Assembly: GCA_039545335.1 (NCBI GenBank)
Contig: BCIN01000001.1
Span: 310,001-374,000 of the forward strand
From: Kondoa subrosea
Taxonomy: Eukaryota
Length of the DNA stretch: 64,000 bases
Reading direction: 5' to 3'
Positions 37,175 to 51,881 of the stretch are shown here, in pieces. How positions within the stretch are numbered: position 1 is the first letter of the stretch; each line of letters begins with the position of its first letter. The translations under genes were made by a program, and so were the position numbers. Below the pieces are notes generated by a model. That model was not told the DNA's origin and did no database searches. It saw nothing but the letters and a program-made list of their open reading frames with translations.

Positions 37175-37667
37175 TTAAGCAGCGACGGCAACTGTAGCGC
37201 TAGCAGCAGGAGTAGCAGCAGCCATTGTATTCACAGGTTCATCTTCCGTATAGTCTTCGAAATCCATGTAATCGTAAATACTGTTCCCAGAAGTCAGATG
37301 GGAGGAGAAAAGAGAAGAGACGAAGATAACCGACACTCGAATGATTAGAGAACATGAAGGGCACATTGCTACTTCTTCGCCTTCGGAAAGCTGGAGCTGT
37401 TGCAAGCATAGTGACCTGATCAGAAAATACACTGAAAGGTCAAGGACGGCAGCAACCTTTGAGATCTCAAATCGATCACCACATGGACTGTTTCAGGATA
37501 TCAGCGGAAGCATGCGATGATAGCAAATGAGGCAAACCAAGGATAATGAAAAACTCGAGCTTTCTCGTCCCACACCATATCTTCTATCTCAATCTCATCG
37601 TCTACACAGTATACGGGTATCAGCACAGTCCAAGAAGCAGTAGATCAAGCGAACAATAAGAGACCAT
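37175..37667 (-). CDS. KTI11: Diphthamide/elongator CSL zinc-finger protein Dph3/Kti11
   Basis: [43 protein letters not shown]. Confidence 0.92.
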
Positions 37668-37764
37668 TTGTGTGCAAAATGGTTGCAGATCAAGATGTAA
37701 GGTCGGCGCGTAATCTCGAGGCAAAAAGTGGCAATGCTATTAAGATGCCATACAGACCAAGAGC

Positions 37765-40564
37765 CTATTGCAAAGCTACAAGTGATTTACCCTGCTCCGT
37801 AGAAAGGTCATGCATGGAGAATGGTGTCGCATTCGCCTGCGATTGCGATGTCTTCTGCTTCTCGCTGTGCGCTTGAAGCAATCTCTGTTTCCGAGCTTTC
37901 CTTCGAGCGTGTCGAGCCATACCAACTGAGTGAATCCTCTTCTGTTGATTTGATTGCTGCGAGATTACTTCATCTACTGCCTTGATTGCATCTGCTTTGA
38001 CTGGTGTGTACGGTCGGGCCTTAATTGCTCTAGCCTGAGCTGCTTCTCTTCTTTCTGCTGCTGAAATCTTATCTTCCTTCGCGCCCTTTGCTGCTAGATC
38101 TCGTAATTCTCTGATGAAGGGGAAAGGCAGGACATATTTGACTGATGATATAATCAGCTCGAGCTGCTATGCTGAAAGAAGCGATACTCACTGCCAGGAT
38201 TGAGTTCGAACGGTAGAGCAGCGGCATCTTTCTCATCTATAGGAATTTCTGGGTTCTCGTTATGCTGTTTCAGAACATTCATTCCCTCTGCTGATAAACC
38301 ATACGGTCTGAAAAGGTTGATGAACTGTAATTGTCGTTTTCTAGTAGCCTTGAACGCGTCTTCGACCGTTGTTTGATCTGAAATTTCCTCTTTGGTCAGG
38401 TAAATGGTTTCGTCTTCTGTTGATGCGTCTTCCGCATCTTGCTGCTGAATGCGGAAAGTAAATTGTTTCAGAGGTTCTCCATCTTGACGTAGGAAAACGA
38501 CCATAGATTTCCGGTCACCAGTAGTTTCAAAGGTAAGATTGAAGTGGTTCTGTGAAGTTCACAGACCTCACCATCAGAAAGATTCCGATTGGCAGAGCTC
38601 ACGAACTCACCTCTGCTGTCACATGCGATAAGACAGTATTGAGACAATCTTCCATAACGGCCACAGCAAGCTTGAACTTCCTTTCCGCTTCTTCGTAGCT
38701 TCCTGAAGTACATTCGTCCATTTCTTCTAATGGAATATATTGAAAACCAAACATTTCCTTCGTATTGTGATGGGCGACGAAAATACCATCCATTCCGCCT
38801 ATTCGGGCTTGCATACTGTACGAGACAAAGTCTTCAACTAGAAAAATGGTTGAAAACAGGTTCGCCTACGAGTATTTGAGATAGGCAGAACGCATCAGGT
38901 CATAGATTTCTCGCTCATACTATGAGATAAGCACAAAGAATTTCGATCAGTGGTTCGAATGGAACGATTCTCCGCCTGTGCTCACGGATTCTAATTCTCC
39001 TTTGATCGTTCGAAGTTTGTACCCACTGCCTTGCTGTACAATCACCAGTCCGTCAGTCTGAGTAGACAAAGGAACTATTCGACGTACCTCATGATTCAGT
39101 CTATCCATCCTGATGGAAACAGTAGCTCTAGTTTTAATATCCTGTCGACATTCGATAACAACATAAGCTAACACAGCTATGTTTTCATCGCAACGACTGA
39201 CGAAAGTTTTTCTTGGTAGATTAGGATCTTCACAATCGATCTGACTTCGCATCAATAAATTCCCATACTAATAATCATCAAATCAAATCAGTCTAACATC
39301 CAACTTGAATGCAAGCAAAAAGGATTCTACCTTGCAATAAGCATAAGCCATAGGTTCGTCCAAAACTTTCTTTTCCCATGCAATTGGATCAGGATGTCTG
39401 TAATCTAATCGATATTGAGCGAATTCGTTAGGAGAGACTGTTAATTGTTTTTCGCCAATATGACCCTGTTCGATATGATATCAGAACATAGAGCACAGCG
39501 CTCAATATTCTGACACAAGAACGAACCAGATCAGCCAGTAGGTTATTTGTCCCCTGTAGAAGAACATCAGTTGGTAATTACTTGATAGGTAAGTGAAAGA
39601 CTCACTTCTGACGGGTCCCATGTCTTGTCATTGTCGACAAACCATACACCTCCTTTCTTTGTAAGCTGAACAGAAGGCGGTATCATACTCCCAGCTCCAA
39701 TTTTCCTAGGCTGTGGGTCCCCGAATGATTCTAACTGAGTAAAACAGTAAAGAATATATTATGGGGACGCACTTTATCGCTAAATGCGTTACTTAGGGAA
39801 TCCATATTGAGTTCTCTACCCTGATTGAGTAAACACCAGATATGCGTCAAGACGCCTGTTAAACTTGAAGTTGATCCAGCGAAGAGGACTTGACTCTTTT
39901 CGGCTAGTTTGGCCTGTTCGAAGAGACCAAATTCTGAGCATAAGACAATGCTAAGGAATCTGTACCAACGAACGAGTACGGTATCATCTGAAGGTTTCGT
40001 GAAGCCAGATAAAGCTTTCATATTCATTTCAGCAGGACTTGGTATTTTAGCTAAAGAATTATCAAAATTCCAAACTGTTGAATTCTTCGTTCTTGGATCT
40101 TTCATTCTATGAATTTGACCAGGGTTATGTAAAACTCGATGTAAGTTGTGTGCTAATCTTGCGATTTTTGCTTTCGATTCCTTGTTTATTGGTCTTTCCA
40201 GTATAATAGCAGAAGAAGATAAAGTAGTAGCATTATCAGAAGAAGGTAGTGATGGTGTTGAGGAAGCGGTGGGACTAGCAGGTTTGCGATCGCTTTTCCT
40301 GATTCTCAAAGATCTCCCTCTAGGTTTCTTTGGCTCTCCTCCTTTTTCAGATGAGAGCACATCCTCTGTCATGTCCTCCTCCCCCTCTTGTGTAGCTCTA
40401 GCAGGTCTAGGATCATCGTTTAATGAAAATTGAGGACTGTCCAAAGTGACAGCAGAAGTTGATGGAACAGGTTGTTGTTCTGCAGAATAGTATCGTCTAG
40501 GTATACTCCTCAAAGTAGGTATACAGCTAGATCCACTGCTAGTCAGGTATTTCAGATTTCGCAT
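37765..40564 (-). CDS. PET127: Mitochondrial 5'-3' RNA processing nuclease Pet127
   Basis: LAHNLHRVLHNPG, FAGSTSSLTGVLTHI, MRSQIDC..LP..TFDIKTRA, RSAYLKY, QARIGGMDGIFVAHHN..MFGFQYIPLEEMD; basic presequence-like N-terminus. Confidence 0.9.
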
Positions 40565-40656
40565 TGGTCGTCCTTCGTCATCAACCCTTTGCTCTTGATA
40601 CAAACAACCGCTTGCACCTCGTCTTTCTCGCCTCTCACTCTCTCTTCCGTGTAGCA

Positions 40657-41674
40657 ATGGGTTGGTTCAGTGGGATCTTTGCATGGCTACAGGGCTTGTT
40701 CTGGTCAAAGGAGATTGAAATCACGCTCGTCGGTTTACAGAACTGTGCGTTTGCCCTTCTTTCCTCGTTCGATGGCATAGCAAGCAGCCGGCTCATTCGT
40801 TGATTTGGATACAGCTGGAAAGGTATGCCTTCTCTTGAGCGGTTTCGCTGAGCTGTAGCTGAGTGCCGAGCAAGACTTCATTGGTCAATCTATTAGCTGT
40901 AAGTCTTGCTGCTTCACCTGCGCATTGAGTTGCTTAGGAGTATGTAATGGCTTACAGAGTGGATCGTACACGGAAGAAGTAGTCCCAACTATCGTTCGTC
41001 AAAGCTAGTCATTATTCGTTCAATCGAATTGTTGACCAAGCCCTTGTGAACAGGGTTTCAGCATGCGTAAAGTCAAGAAAGGCAATGTAACAATGAAAAT
41101 CTGGGATCTAGGTGCGCCTGGACAGACTGTTATAGCTATATATATATAAGCTAACAAGTTCTGCTTTTGGCTCACAGGAGGACAACCCAAGTTCCGACAG
41201 ATGTGGAATCGTTATTGCAGAGGGGTCAACGCAATCCTGTCCGTATCTCAATTCAATGTGGTGATTTGCTCACCTATTTCATTGGGGTCATGGACAGATT
41301 CATGGTCGATTCTGCTGATTTGACGAAAATCGATACGGCTCGAACGGAATTGCAAGCATTGTTGGAGAAACCTGAACTAGCTTCTATTCCATTACTGGTT
41401 CTAGGAAACAAAGCGGATCTGAAAGGCTCGCTAAAAGTCACTGAACTGATTGATCGACTGTGCGTGATATGGTACAATGCTTGCTCCTTCCGAGCTTAAA
41501 GCGTGCCATTTCGTGTACAGAGAACTAGGGAAGATCACAGATAGGGAAACGTCTGCTTATTCCATCAGTGCAAAAGATGGCATTAATATAGATGCTGTAC
41601 TGGCTTGGCTAACGAAGGTAAAGTCATTTGCTGCTTGTACAGGGTAATAACTAATGTCTGAGCAGAGGAGTTGA
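40657..41674 (+). CDS. ARL8: ARF-like small GTPase Arl8
   Basis: [75 protein letters not shown]. Confidence 0.93.
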
Positions 41675-41796
41675 CGAAATCCGTAATTAGAATCAAACAA
41701 TTGTATCATATAAAACACATTGATTTTCGCATTTCTTTGGCCTTCACTATCGTTCATGAGCATACAAATCAACAATTGAATTCTTCAGTATTCATA

Positions 41797-44700
41797 TTAT
41801 ACATCATATACAACTCGAGCACCAGCGAAAACATAAGGATCTGAAAGGGCAGAAATTAGCGATCTTCACTATGAGCAGGCAAACTTGAGCATACATTGAG
41901 ATTGATACCAGTTTCTGAACGAGGCTCGACCAGCGATACGAGGGATGGTCGCCCAGGATCCGCCGAGTACAATCGAATGTGCGCCTGGAAATGAGAGTAT
42001 ATCAGTATTGTGAAGCAGTTTCAGAAACAACGGAGTTGAACAAACCATCAAAGAAATCACTCTGTACGTGCCAGATCAGCTTTCTCCCTTCCTCGTACTC
42101 AGGAGACGTACAGAATAGCCAGGATAGAGGATTGAGGAAGAATAACCCTCGTGCTGTTCAAGGACAGTCGACGTCCATTCAAAGACACCGCCATTGTCAG
42201 CTCCAATGAATTTTCCAGTTCGAGTTTCGAGAGGTAAAGCAGGTCTATACACACACACTCCTATGTCAGCTTCTACGGTTCTGACTCGAAGATGTTGCTG
42301 AACTTACGGGACAGGATGCCAATTCCTAAATCCAATGTTCGCCCCTGGCTTATCAACTAGATGCTTGTTCATGAAGACTCGCAATTCAGGTTCAGTAGGT
42401 AATCGACCGCCTTTCCATTTAGCAAATGCGGCGAGTTGTCGGCCACTAGCTTGAACAGGCCATTCACCAGCGATATCGAAGCTGACGTGGCCTGGTGCGT
42501 ATACGACTCGAATGCTGTAAGAGTTTGAAGAAAGAGGCATCCAGGAGGAAGGGACTTGTTTAGCCTCGAAAGAGGTTTGTTTAAGGTATTCGAGGTATTC
42601 ATTGTTGGAAATAGGAAGCAGAGATGCCTTGAAAGCTGATACTGCAATGGTACTGAGTCTTGGCCTCGAGTTGGATACTCTCAACACACCTTGCACTTCT
42701 CTGACACCGTGTTCGTTATCCCACCCAAACGAATGAGCCGCATCCACAGGATTCTCCAAATCAGCCGCATCGCTATCGTTTTGTCCAAGTCGAACGGTAG
42801 AGGCAGGGAAGCTCTCGACAGCTCGTCTTGCTTCCCCACCATCGCGATCAATACGAGCTTGCCATTGTTTGGAAAGACCTTGCCAATCTGGTTGCATGAA
42901 ACCTTGAGGCGGTTCAACTTTATCTGATATCTGCAAAAGCATGCTACAATTGCGGACAAAATCAGATCAAAGCAGCCAGGATAGAAGTAGGCCTACTAAA
43001 GCAGAGTTTCCAAATGTAGCGCTTCATGCTCATAAACCTGATGTGCCAGATCAGCATTTCTAGCGACCGATGAAGCGCATTACATACCATGCAAATAGTT
43101 CGAGCTAATCTTCGACTCTTCTTGCCCTGTTCTTCAAGCTTTCCGCTCTTGTAAAGGTTTCGCAATCGTTGGCGAACCCGATCGCGATAGTCTAAGATTT
43201 CAGTCAGAGTTGGCCATTCGTCTTCTTTATCAGGGACGATCGAATGGTCATGACATTTCGTCGGACTTTCGTACGCAGTATCAGCTTTCTTGTCTGCCTC
43301 ATTGTGAAAAGACTACTCACTCATCGATATCCGGGTCGATACCTCGCTCGAAAATTTGAGTGTAGGCTGCTGGTTCCGTATACGCCTCTTTTAGTGCTCT
43401 AGAAAGGTGTATCTGTAGGAAAGTCGGTCTGCCAACTAAGTTTCAGCTTATAATCAAAAGCACAGAAGGCAATTTTGAAGCGCACATATGACCAATGTAG
43501 AATAGGCAGATATGCCTCAAGTCGATAGGTTTAGTATGTAAGAGATGAGAAGGAACCATATCGAGTGTAACGGTATCGAAAGCTTTCCAAACCTGTTCCC
43601 AATCTTGTAAAGTAGGAAGACCAAATGGATTGGCAATAGGTTCATAAGTTGACGGGAAGTAGAACTTGGGTTTCTCAACTAGATGTAAGTTATAGGCTCC
43701 AGTCGGGTCAGACCACTTTTGGACTGAACGGAGTTGGGCATGATCGAGTAGAAACTGGGTATCGGTTGAAGAGAACTTGTATGATCGCTCAATAGCTAGG
43801 AGTTCGCCTTGACTGATCTTAAAGTTGCCTCGAGAGCCACAATCAACGTTGATATCCTCCTTAGCCCGAATGTATGCCTAAACATGCATAAATCAGCTTC
43901 CATCAATTTTCGGAGAAAGAAATACAAACTTCATGGCACCCATCGACAGAGTTGTATCGATGTACATAGTCAAATTTCTCGCCAGCTAAATCATTCGGTA
44001 CACCAGTAGCCGTTTTCAAGATTCGAGACGCATTGTCCACACCATTCAGAATGAAAGCTTCAGTAACGCCTTTCGGATCTCCATAAGCCAATTCGACAAG
44101 TTCAGCATCATCAGTGGAATCGATGCCAATAAGGAAGCTATCTCCAGGTTCCATTCCTTCTTTGGCGAAAGTGCGCAAGAATTCAGCTGCCTCTTGTCGA
44201 GTGAAATTGCCCAAGCTGCTACCGAGCCATAAGAGACATTTCCTAGCCTCTGGAACAAAGATTTCCGTCTTGCTTGACAATTGAGGTCGGACTTCATCGT
44301 AACTTGCTTTCACACCTTGAATATGAACTTTAGACGAGTCAGGAGTCGCTGAGACAGATGATGATTCTGTTTGCTGTAATGCTTCGAGGGTATCGACTAA
44401 TTGAGAATGTTCAAGATCGATCTCCATTAATCCCTCGTTAGGCAAATATCGCATCGGTATAGAGATCACAAGCTCACAGCGAAATAAGAAAGCTTGGTCT
44501 TGGCTGTGGCTAATTGGGCCACAGACCTGAGTAAGACGCTGGTCTTCTTCAAACTTCCGGCACCAAGTTCAATAACTGATAGAGCTTCAGAGGGTTCCAA
44601 GCCGACATTGCCATTAACGCCGTAATTATGTTTCCCAGACTCAAAATCACCCCAATGTCCGTTACCGTTTGGCTTGCTATCTTCTTCTGGATAGACTTGC

Positions 44701-45233
44701 TCTTCATCTTGTTTCGGAACTGAACCGTTGAGATGCTTCGTGGACTTTGAAGCTTGAGCTGTCTTGCCAAACATGCGAAGAGCCTGAGTGAATATCGTCG
44801 GCAATTCGACAGTCATGCGAACAAGACGAGACAAACGATCTCATTTCCATGCTGCTTGAAGATCTCCAATTCCTTCTTGAACAAGTAATATTCATCTTGA
44901 TCCGTGATAGAGTCATATAGAATCAATCCCTTTTCATCATATAGTACAACTGCACAAACAAGGCCTCGATTAGTAACTTTGTAGGGTAGAAGCTTAGGAA
45001 GTAGAAACTCAACCTGGAAACGCAGACGATTAGTAATGTATCAGACTGAGGTAGGAAGAAGGCCCACCTGTAGGAATATGCTTGATATACTTGTAGGCTT
45101 CATCTTCTGAGCGGTTGCCAGGGACTTTGACTGAAGATTGGCTCAGCCCTTCTATGATTGAGTCGGCCAATGAAGGTCCCTCCGATTGCTGTACTGAACT
45201 CAAGTCATGGATCTTGATCTGGCTTCCTGTCAT
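41797..45233 (-). CDS. EGT1: Ergothioneine biosynthesis protein 1 (histidine trimethyltransferase fused to hercynine sulfoxide synthase)
   Basis: LYDEKGLILY..EYYL, IELGAGSLKKT, WLGSSLGNF; KPIDLRHICLFYIGHI, FERGIDPD, HEALHLET (iron ligands); FGE-like GWDNE, RLPTEPE, GGVFEWT, VLGGSWAT, RASFRNWYQ. Confidence 0.93.
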
Positions 45234-45784
45234 GTCGAGCCGAACGAACTCGACGTGTTCGAATGGAAGTGAACTCCACTCGATTTGGCAAGCCGCTGAT
45301 TTGATTACATAAGCGAATCATGTCTATTCCTCGAGCGATTGCAGTAGCTGCTTGCAAGTTGAGCTCCTGTCACAACGGAATCAAACACTCTTCACCTAAC
45401 GACCGTGCTTAGCTCACCTTGGGCTGTTGCTTTTTCCCGACGGTGAATTTCTCGCCTGTTCTGCTCAAACTTACCTTGTTCCCATGCCGTAGCTGGTTAC
45501 TTCCCAAGATCTCGGTTACACGACCACAAAGGGCAGAGCGGAACGAAGATCAGCGAAGTCGCAGAGTCAGATGAAACATTCTAATGATTTGATGCTCATT
45601 TCTCTCGCTCTGTTTTGCACTGAATACGAGGCGCTTTCTCTTGTCTCCGGCCTAAAATGCTCTAGTTTTCTCACCTGTCGTCTCTTCTTCCGTCTCTCTT
45701 ACAATCCAACGATTTTCACGACCTCCCTTTCCCTTCCTGCTCATTTATAATCCATCCTGTCTCCCTCGCGTTTGCTCGCTCAAA

Positions 45785-46827
45785 ATGGCTCAACAAACTC
45801 ATCCCGATGGACATAGCTCATATTTGCTTCGTGAGTATTTCTTGCTTTGTAGTAGCTGTCTTTGCTGAGATTGCGTTCAAGCATATCCTCATACCTCACC
45901 CGAATCTCGCAATACTCGTTGGGAACCGCCAACCGCAGCAATGTCTGAACGTCTGGATGGTGATAACAGTCCAGCTTATAGCTTCTCTCCAACCACCCCT
46001 CTCTCATCCAGCGCAATCTCAACCCCAACTTTCCCATTTTCTCCTTCTTCTTCTTCTTTATATTCATCATACAGTAACTGCGAATATCGTTACCCATCAT
46101 TCGAATCACCTTCACCTTTCTCTGTTTCTGAAGGTTTACAAATCGATTTCAACCCTTTTGGTCCAGCTGCGGTACCTAGAAGTATGCTTGGTTCACCATA
46201 CAAGAGTTTGAAGTTACATCAAGCTAAACCTACTTTCGCTCCTTATCCACCTAGGAAAAGATTAAGCAGAGAGGAAAGTTTGGAAAGCTGGAATGGATCG
46301 CCTAAAGAGGAAGTTATAGAAGAGGGAGATGAACTTACGTGAGTATATGTTCTACTTCACTTTAATATAGTGTAAGCAGTCTCTCATATGACTCACAGGG
46401 ACAGGAAGAAGCAGCTCAAGAGAAGCCGATTGCTGTCCGAGAAGAAGCGCCGCGATGATCTGGTTTGTCCCTCTTCTCACTTTTCAAGTCAATAGCTGAT
46501 CTCTTTGACCAGAGGGATAACCTCAATGAGATTCAAGATCTCTTGCCTGATGATTATCTGCCTCACAAATGCACGAAATCCAGAGTTGTGAGTTTGAGCT
46601 TGCTGCGGTCTTTGAAATTTAGGCTGACGACTGTGCTTCAACAGCTGGATCGAGCTGCTCATTATATCAGACATCTTCAACAAGCTCAGATGGAGCTTGA
46701 AGCTACCTGTGCTGATCAAGCTGATGAGATCGAGATGCTGCGGTCAGTCTTTATGATAAACCCGGTTCACACAAGCTCATACTCAGTATACAGACGTGAG
46801 AAGGGAGCAAAGAAAGTTGCTATGTGA
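45785..46827 (+). CDS. bHLH(-zip) transcription factor
   Basis: RSRLLSEKKRRDDL-RDNLNEIQDLLP..TKSRVLDRAAHYIRHLQ at the C-terminus, with an S/P-rich N-terminus. Confidence 0.82.
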
Positions 46828-47049
46828 GCATTAGAAGGAAGAGAAAGAAACAGCTACGCAAGAAAGTCACGACCCCTTATGCCAAAATCATCAAACCTGT
46901 CTACACATGCTATTCTCTCCACGATGAACGAAGAACACAGAAAAGTACAATATCAAGCTCATGCAATATCCATCAACAACTTCTTTCGCATGTAAAATAA
47001 TTTAGACGAGATAACCAAAACGAAATACACATTGCATAGCTCTGAATTC

Positions 47050-50000
47050 TTAGAAACCAAAACTACCCATGTCGAACTCTGGGACAGCTGTGACTTGTTT
47101 CCTAGCTTTCTTGAGCACTTCTTTCAGATCAGGATCGTTATTGAGAGGTTTCGATACGGAATTCGATGTAGGTGACGGAGCGCGAGATGGTTCAGCAGAA
47201 GGGATCGTTTCCACTAAGCGCAAGTTATGAGCATGAGCTTGAATTGTAAAACAGTCGCTTACAATCCATTATGACCATACTATGAAACAATGAGCTTGTG
47301 CGCGACAAAGCGGAATCTCAGCTCACGAGTCTCGTCTACCAAGCATAGACTGTCTTCTTCGATTCATGGCCGGTCTACTGTTCATCTCGCTCGCTCGCTT
47401 GGTCGTAGCACGAGGGTGCGGTCTAGCGAATTTCCAATTGTTGACTAGGTCGAGCGCTAACCAATGACAGCCTAGGCAAATATTGGCGTGGCCGATTCGA
47501 TAAGCACAAGAGCCTTACCTAGATCACGAAGTATAGAAGCCATGTATAGCACGAACTACATGTCGTCAGTCAGAAAGAGTACAAGAGTCTAGGTGCGTAC
47601 GTTAAACTCAGTCTGAGGAGAGATAGTACTAGCTCCTTGTAGAGTCTGTAATGACCAGTCTCTTAGTTGAACATAAGCTAGGGCCAGCGAAGGGTCGTCA
47701 TTCTGGGCAACCCCAATCTCTTTGACCGATGAAAGTGATAAGCTCTCCGCTATCTTGCTGAAAGGAGTCTATCTTGCAGTTGAGAATGTATCTGCGAGAC
47801 ACAGATGATACTTACCACTAGCACTCGAATGGCCAAATCCCGTCGATTGATCTTCCAGAATGCCAAACTTGCCATCCATCTATTGCCTTGTGTCATTGCT
47901 CGAGGAATGATATGGTCTTCCAGTAGATACCGAACGACAGGACTGTCTTCGCCAGCGTATACTCTGGCGATCGCCAGAGCCAAATCAATATCTTTGAGCT
48001 GCTTGATGCACACATTGACTGCGTCCTTCACAGCATCGCCTAGGAGGAAGAAAGACACTGCAAACTCTGCAAAGCAAATAAGTTATTGATATCAAACAGA
48101 TTTGGCTCAATGAAAATTTACCAAAACGTTGCTTCGCCAAGAGAGCATAAGCATTTTTCAAAGCCGCAGTCTGCCAACGAGGTTCAGAAAAGTCGTTCCC
48201 AAGGAAGTTCATCATGTTGTTCCGATCCTTGTGGCCGTAACTTTGCTTCCATATATTCTGCACAAGTCGCTTCTTCCGCAGAGCCAGGTAAAAGAGAGAA
48301 CATGATATTGGATTACGATCTTCATGAGCTGTGAAGGTATTTCGAGCTATTGCTTCCATCTGTGTCACCTACAAAGCAACATATAAGATTAGGTGGCAGC
48401 AGATTTGTCATACATACTAGAGCTTCAGGTTCTTTCAGCCAGGCGAAAAGACCTAGATGCTTCGCATCCACCCACAGCATTTTATCTTTGCAGGCCTTGT
48501 TACATTCTTGCACCAGCACTTCTTGACTAGAAGTATGCAGAGCCCAAACAAAATCGCGATAGCTTAGCGACTTTTGCAGCAGCGGATCTTGAGAGGACAA
48601 TGAAGAAGAGTAAAGGGCTATAAGATATCGCATGCCATTCTCGTCAATAGAACGTTTTTGGTCTCGGATCTGCAATGCTTCATTAATCTGGGGCGATTCA
48701 GTAAGTAAGCATGGACTTACCTTATAAGCAATTTGTATGACATCCTTCAGACTCAGCACTTCTATCGAGCTTAGATCTGGCAGCAAGCCGTCTTCAAGTG
48801 CGGCCATCAAGCGTTCGCGAGCTTCTGGCGATATTTCTTGGGTTGCATCACTGAACCATCGTTCAGAATAGGTGTCGATTGCTAGAGTTACGTGCTTACT
48901 CTATCACTTGACTATCTAATAGACCATTGAGAGAAGTGTGATCTGTACTGCCGACAGCCTGCTCAAGATGTCAACCAAGCCTGATTATAAAGCGTGATAT
49001 AGACTTACTGCTTGCAAAAAATCTCCTTCTGGCCAATCCTTCAATATACCGAGCCATTGTTCACTTCGATGTGAGGTCAGGTTACACAAAGCGAGAATAA
49101 TTCGATCGACCAAAGCAGTCTTGTTCCATATCAAATGTTGTAGCAGAAATTGGGGATGGTAAATAGCAACAGGACCATTGAGAGACCGATAAATTTGGGA
49201 AAGAGTTTTCTTGTTCGACAGAAGAGGATGAAAGCTGTAGATTTGGTTCGATGCACAGACAACGAGAGAACCATCGAAAAGCCAAGTAACGGCCGTGATA
49301 CAATGAGGACCGAAGCTGAAGATCATGTAATCAGTAATAGTCAAGAAGTTTGAGTATGACCTACACTTCTTTGTCAACTTGAGCTATTACTTGCCATATG
49401 GGAGAGTTCTGCTCAAGGTAGTTTCTTCGTCGCTGAGTGTACAGGAGAACTCGAGATTCGAAAGCAACGCAAAGTATAGCTTCTCCAGGTGCAAACGGAA
49501 GCCATTCGAGCGCAACCACCTTGTTCTCGCTTCTGCGCGGACGAAGTAAAGACGCACACACTTCAAAAGAGATGCATTGTCATGCTCAGAGGGTACATAC
49601 AAGATTGATATTTTCGCCTGAAGACCTGAAGCAAACTCGCTCTCCTTACTATCCCAGATCGAAAGTTCGTAACCATCTGTAGCTTTCTGCACTATTGCTA
49701 CTAGGCCTCCAGAGCTACCGGAAAGGTGTATTGGATCTTTAACATCGTGTTTCAGAGTAGAAGAAGATGACCACGAGCCGTTTTCGAAGTTTGGCCAAAT
49801 AGTCAGCTGACCACTTCGTGATTCTGATAAAGAGCAACTTCTCGATTGTAATAGATCAAAGCTGCTTCCATCTAGAGGTGTCGATATGGCGAAGGATGCG
49901 ATGCGAAGGTGCTCATCAATCGTCCAAGCTTGACAACCGCCTGTCTCGAAAGTTGCCAGCAAGACATGAGAGACAGAAGCAGAGGTCAAATTTCGCGATA

Positions 50001-51772
50001 GACTGATATGTCGTATTGATGCTGATGATGAGGTAGACAGGGTCTCGGCGAGATTCAGCTGTCCGCCCTTTTGTCGAAGAATGCGTAACTGATTTTTGGT
50101 ATCGACCAGCACGAGGCCAATGGTATCGGTGAAAACTATAGGTATTGATTGTCGACCACCTCGAGCGCTACGGGAAAGTACATGTAGAGCCAAAACCTTG
50201 CCATTGGCCTGTTTCGCTTTCCAGAGCACAGTCTCATGGCGTGAGGTCGTGCTGAAGTATCGGCCATTACTAGCAGCAGTACAGTGTTCAACAGCATATA
50301 AAGGCTGTCCACGATACGTCCTGCACGTTACGGACGACATCGATCCAGAAAAAAGGACACCGAGCGGCAGATGAATGCTGCTGACGGAAGCTGAAACTAG
50401 AGAGGCGGCAAGGATTGATATGGTAGGATGATCGTTCGTGAAGAGAGATGTCGAAGAGAGTATACAGAGAGGATTGACGGGCCCTGACAATTTTGCTGCG
50501 AGACTAGAAGAGATTCCGGTAGAAGTGTGTAGAAAAGTTGATTTCTGGCTGATGCAGGTTGGCGGACTCCGGGTCAGATTCTGGAGTGATATCAGCGTGG
50601 CGCAATTGATCATGCTGACTGCTTACAAATACTTCAACGATACCAATCGAACCATCTGTAAAAATCACAAGTACGCAGTCGTCAGGATCTTTAACGTCTA
50701 GTTGCGTATCAGCCAAAGCCAGAGTGCCTTGTATGGTTGCAGCGTCTATCCAGACAGATAGTGCAGGTCTCGCTTTTCGATAAGGGTGGGTGACCGTGGC
50801 GTAGAGCACAAAGAAGTCCGGTTCGTCTAATAGGGTTGAATAGATCCGGAATATCCCACTATCCGTCTGTGTGAAGAGAGTTGCACTATTGAGACGTTAA
50901 CACTAAGTACTTGATAGCAATACTTCAGCTGACTTCGTGGCATTCGCATCAGGTTTCCAGCTGTATGATGTGACGAGATCGGGATGAAAGATCTCAGAGA
51001 CTAGAGTTGGCTCAAATGATTTTGAGCTAGACGCTGCTGCTGAGTTTGTTTGTATGCGCCAGACTTGTACGACATCACTTCCATCTTGAAGAGATGCCAA
51101 AAGACTTCCGCAGGAAGAAATGGTACACCTCACAGTTTCGCTATCGAATTGATATTCCCACGTCTTCATCCATGTAGGAAGCGATCTCGCGGTGTCTAGC
51201 TGCCAAAGACTAAGCAGGTCGCCGCCAAGTGCAAGCACATCTGCACTGATTTAGCGGGATTGAAGCTCTTGTTACAGGGCCTTACCATTGCGCAGGTCTA
51301 ACCAGCTGATAAGATGCCCAGACTTGAACGTAGAGTGGACCTTCCAAGTTCGAGTTGACGAAACATAGATCCATAGAACCACATTATCGCCCGAAGCAGC
51401 TGCCATCTGTTGCGAGCGAGTGAACCTTGTGATGAGGCATCGAATTCAGGCACTCACAATGCCGTTCGCTGAATCTATCGTTACCGCATTGACAAACCAG
51501 CCCTTGCCAGCTGAAGCAGGATAGCCATCGCTGAAGAGGAGGGTTTGCACCAGGCGATGACTTTCATCCAGTAGACAGACATGATCCAGCGAGGCCACAG
51601 CCTGTCGGCCAGAATGGCTAGCTCAGACCCGAAATGCATTTCGAAGCGTAATCTTTTGTCGCACAATTATTCGCTTGTCGTGAACAAGACCAGTGGCTAG
51701 ACTCTGTCGACATGGATTCGGACTGCCCCATAGAGTTTGCAGTCGCTTCAAAGAAGGCACATCATCTGACAT
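47050..51772 (-). CDS. RAV1: RAVE complex subunit Rav1 (WD40 plus Rav1p_C; rabconnectin-3/DmX-like)
   Basis: YHPQFLLQHLIW, SIDENGMRY, RDFVWALH, CSLFYLALRKK, FLGNDFSEPRWQTAALKNAYALLAKQRF, FFLLGDAVKDAVNVC. Confidence 0.92.
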
Positions 51773-51881
51773 GCTTCGGCGGCAGCTTCGCGGTATATAA
51801 TCAACAAGAGCCTGTCATTCGCGGTTTCTTATGCGCGTCTCGACTGCAGCAATACATTCGCTCTCGCACACAAGGAAGACT

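Noticed and set aside
6166..37667. tRNA-modification gene cluster (UBA4, TAD3, KTI11, tRNA-Thr)
   Set aside because: The genes are dispersed over 31 kb among unrelated housekeeping genes, which is compatible with chance.
41797..45233. EGT1 as part of a secondary-metabolite cluster
   Set aside because: The two-domain fusion is the established fungal architecture, and no EGT2 or tailoring genes are adjacent.
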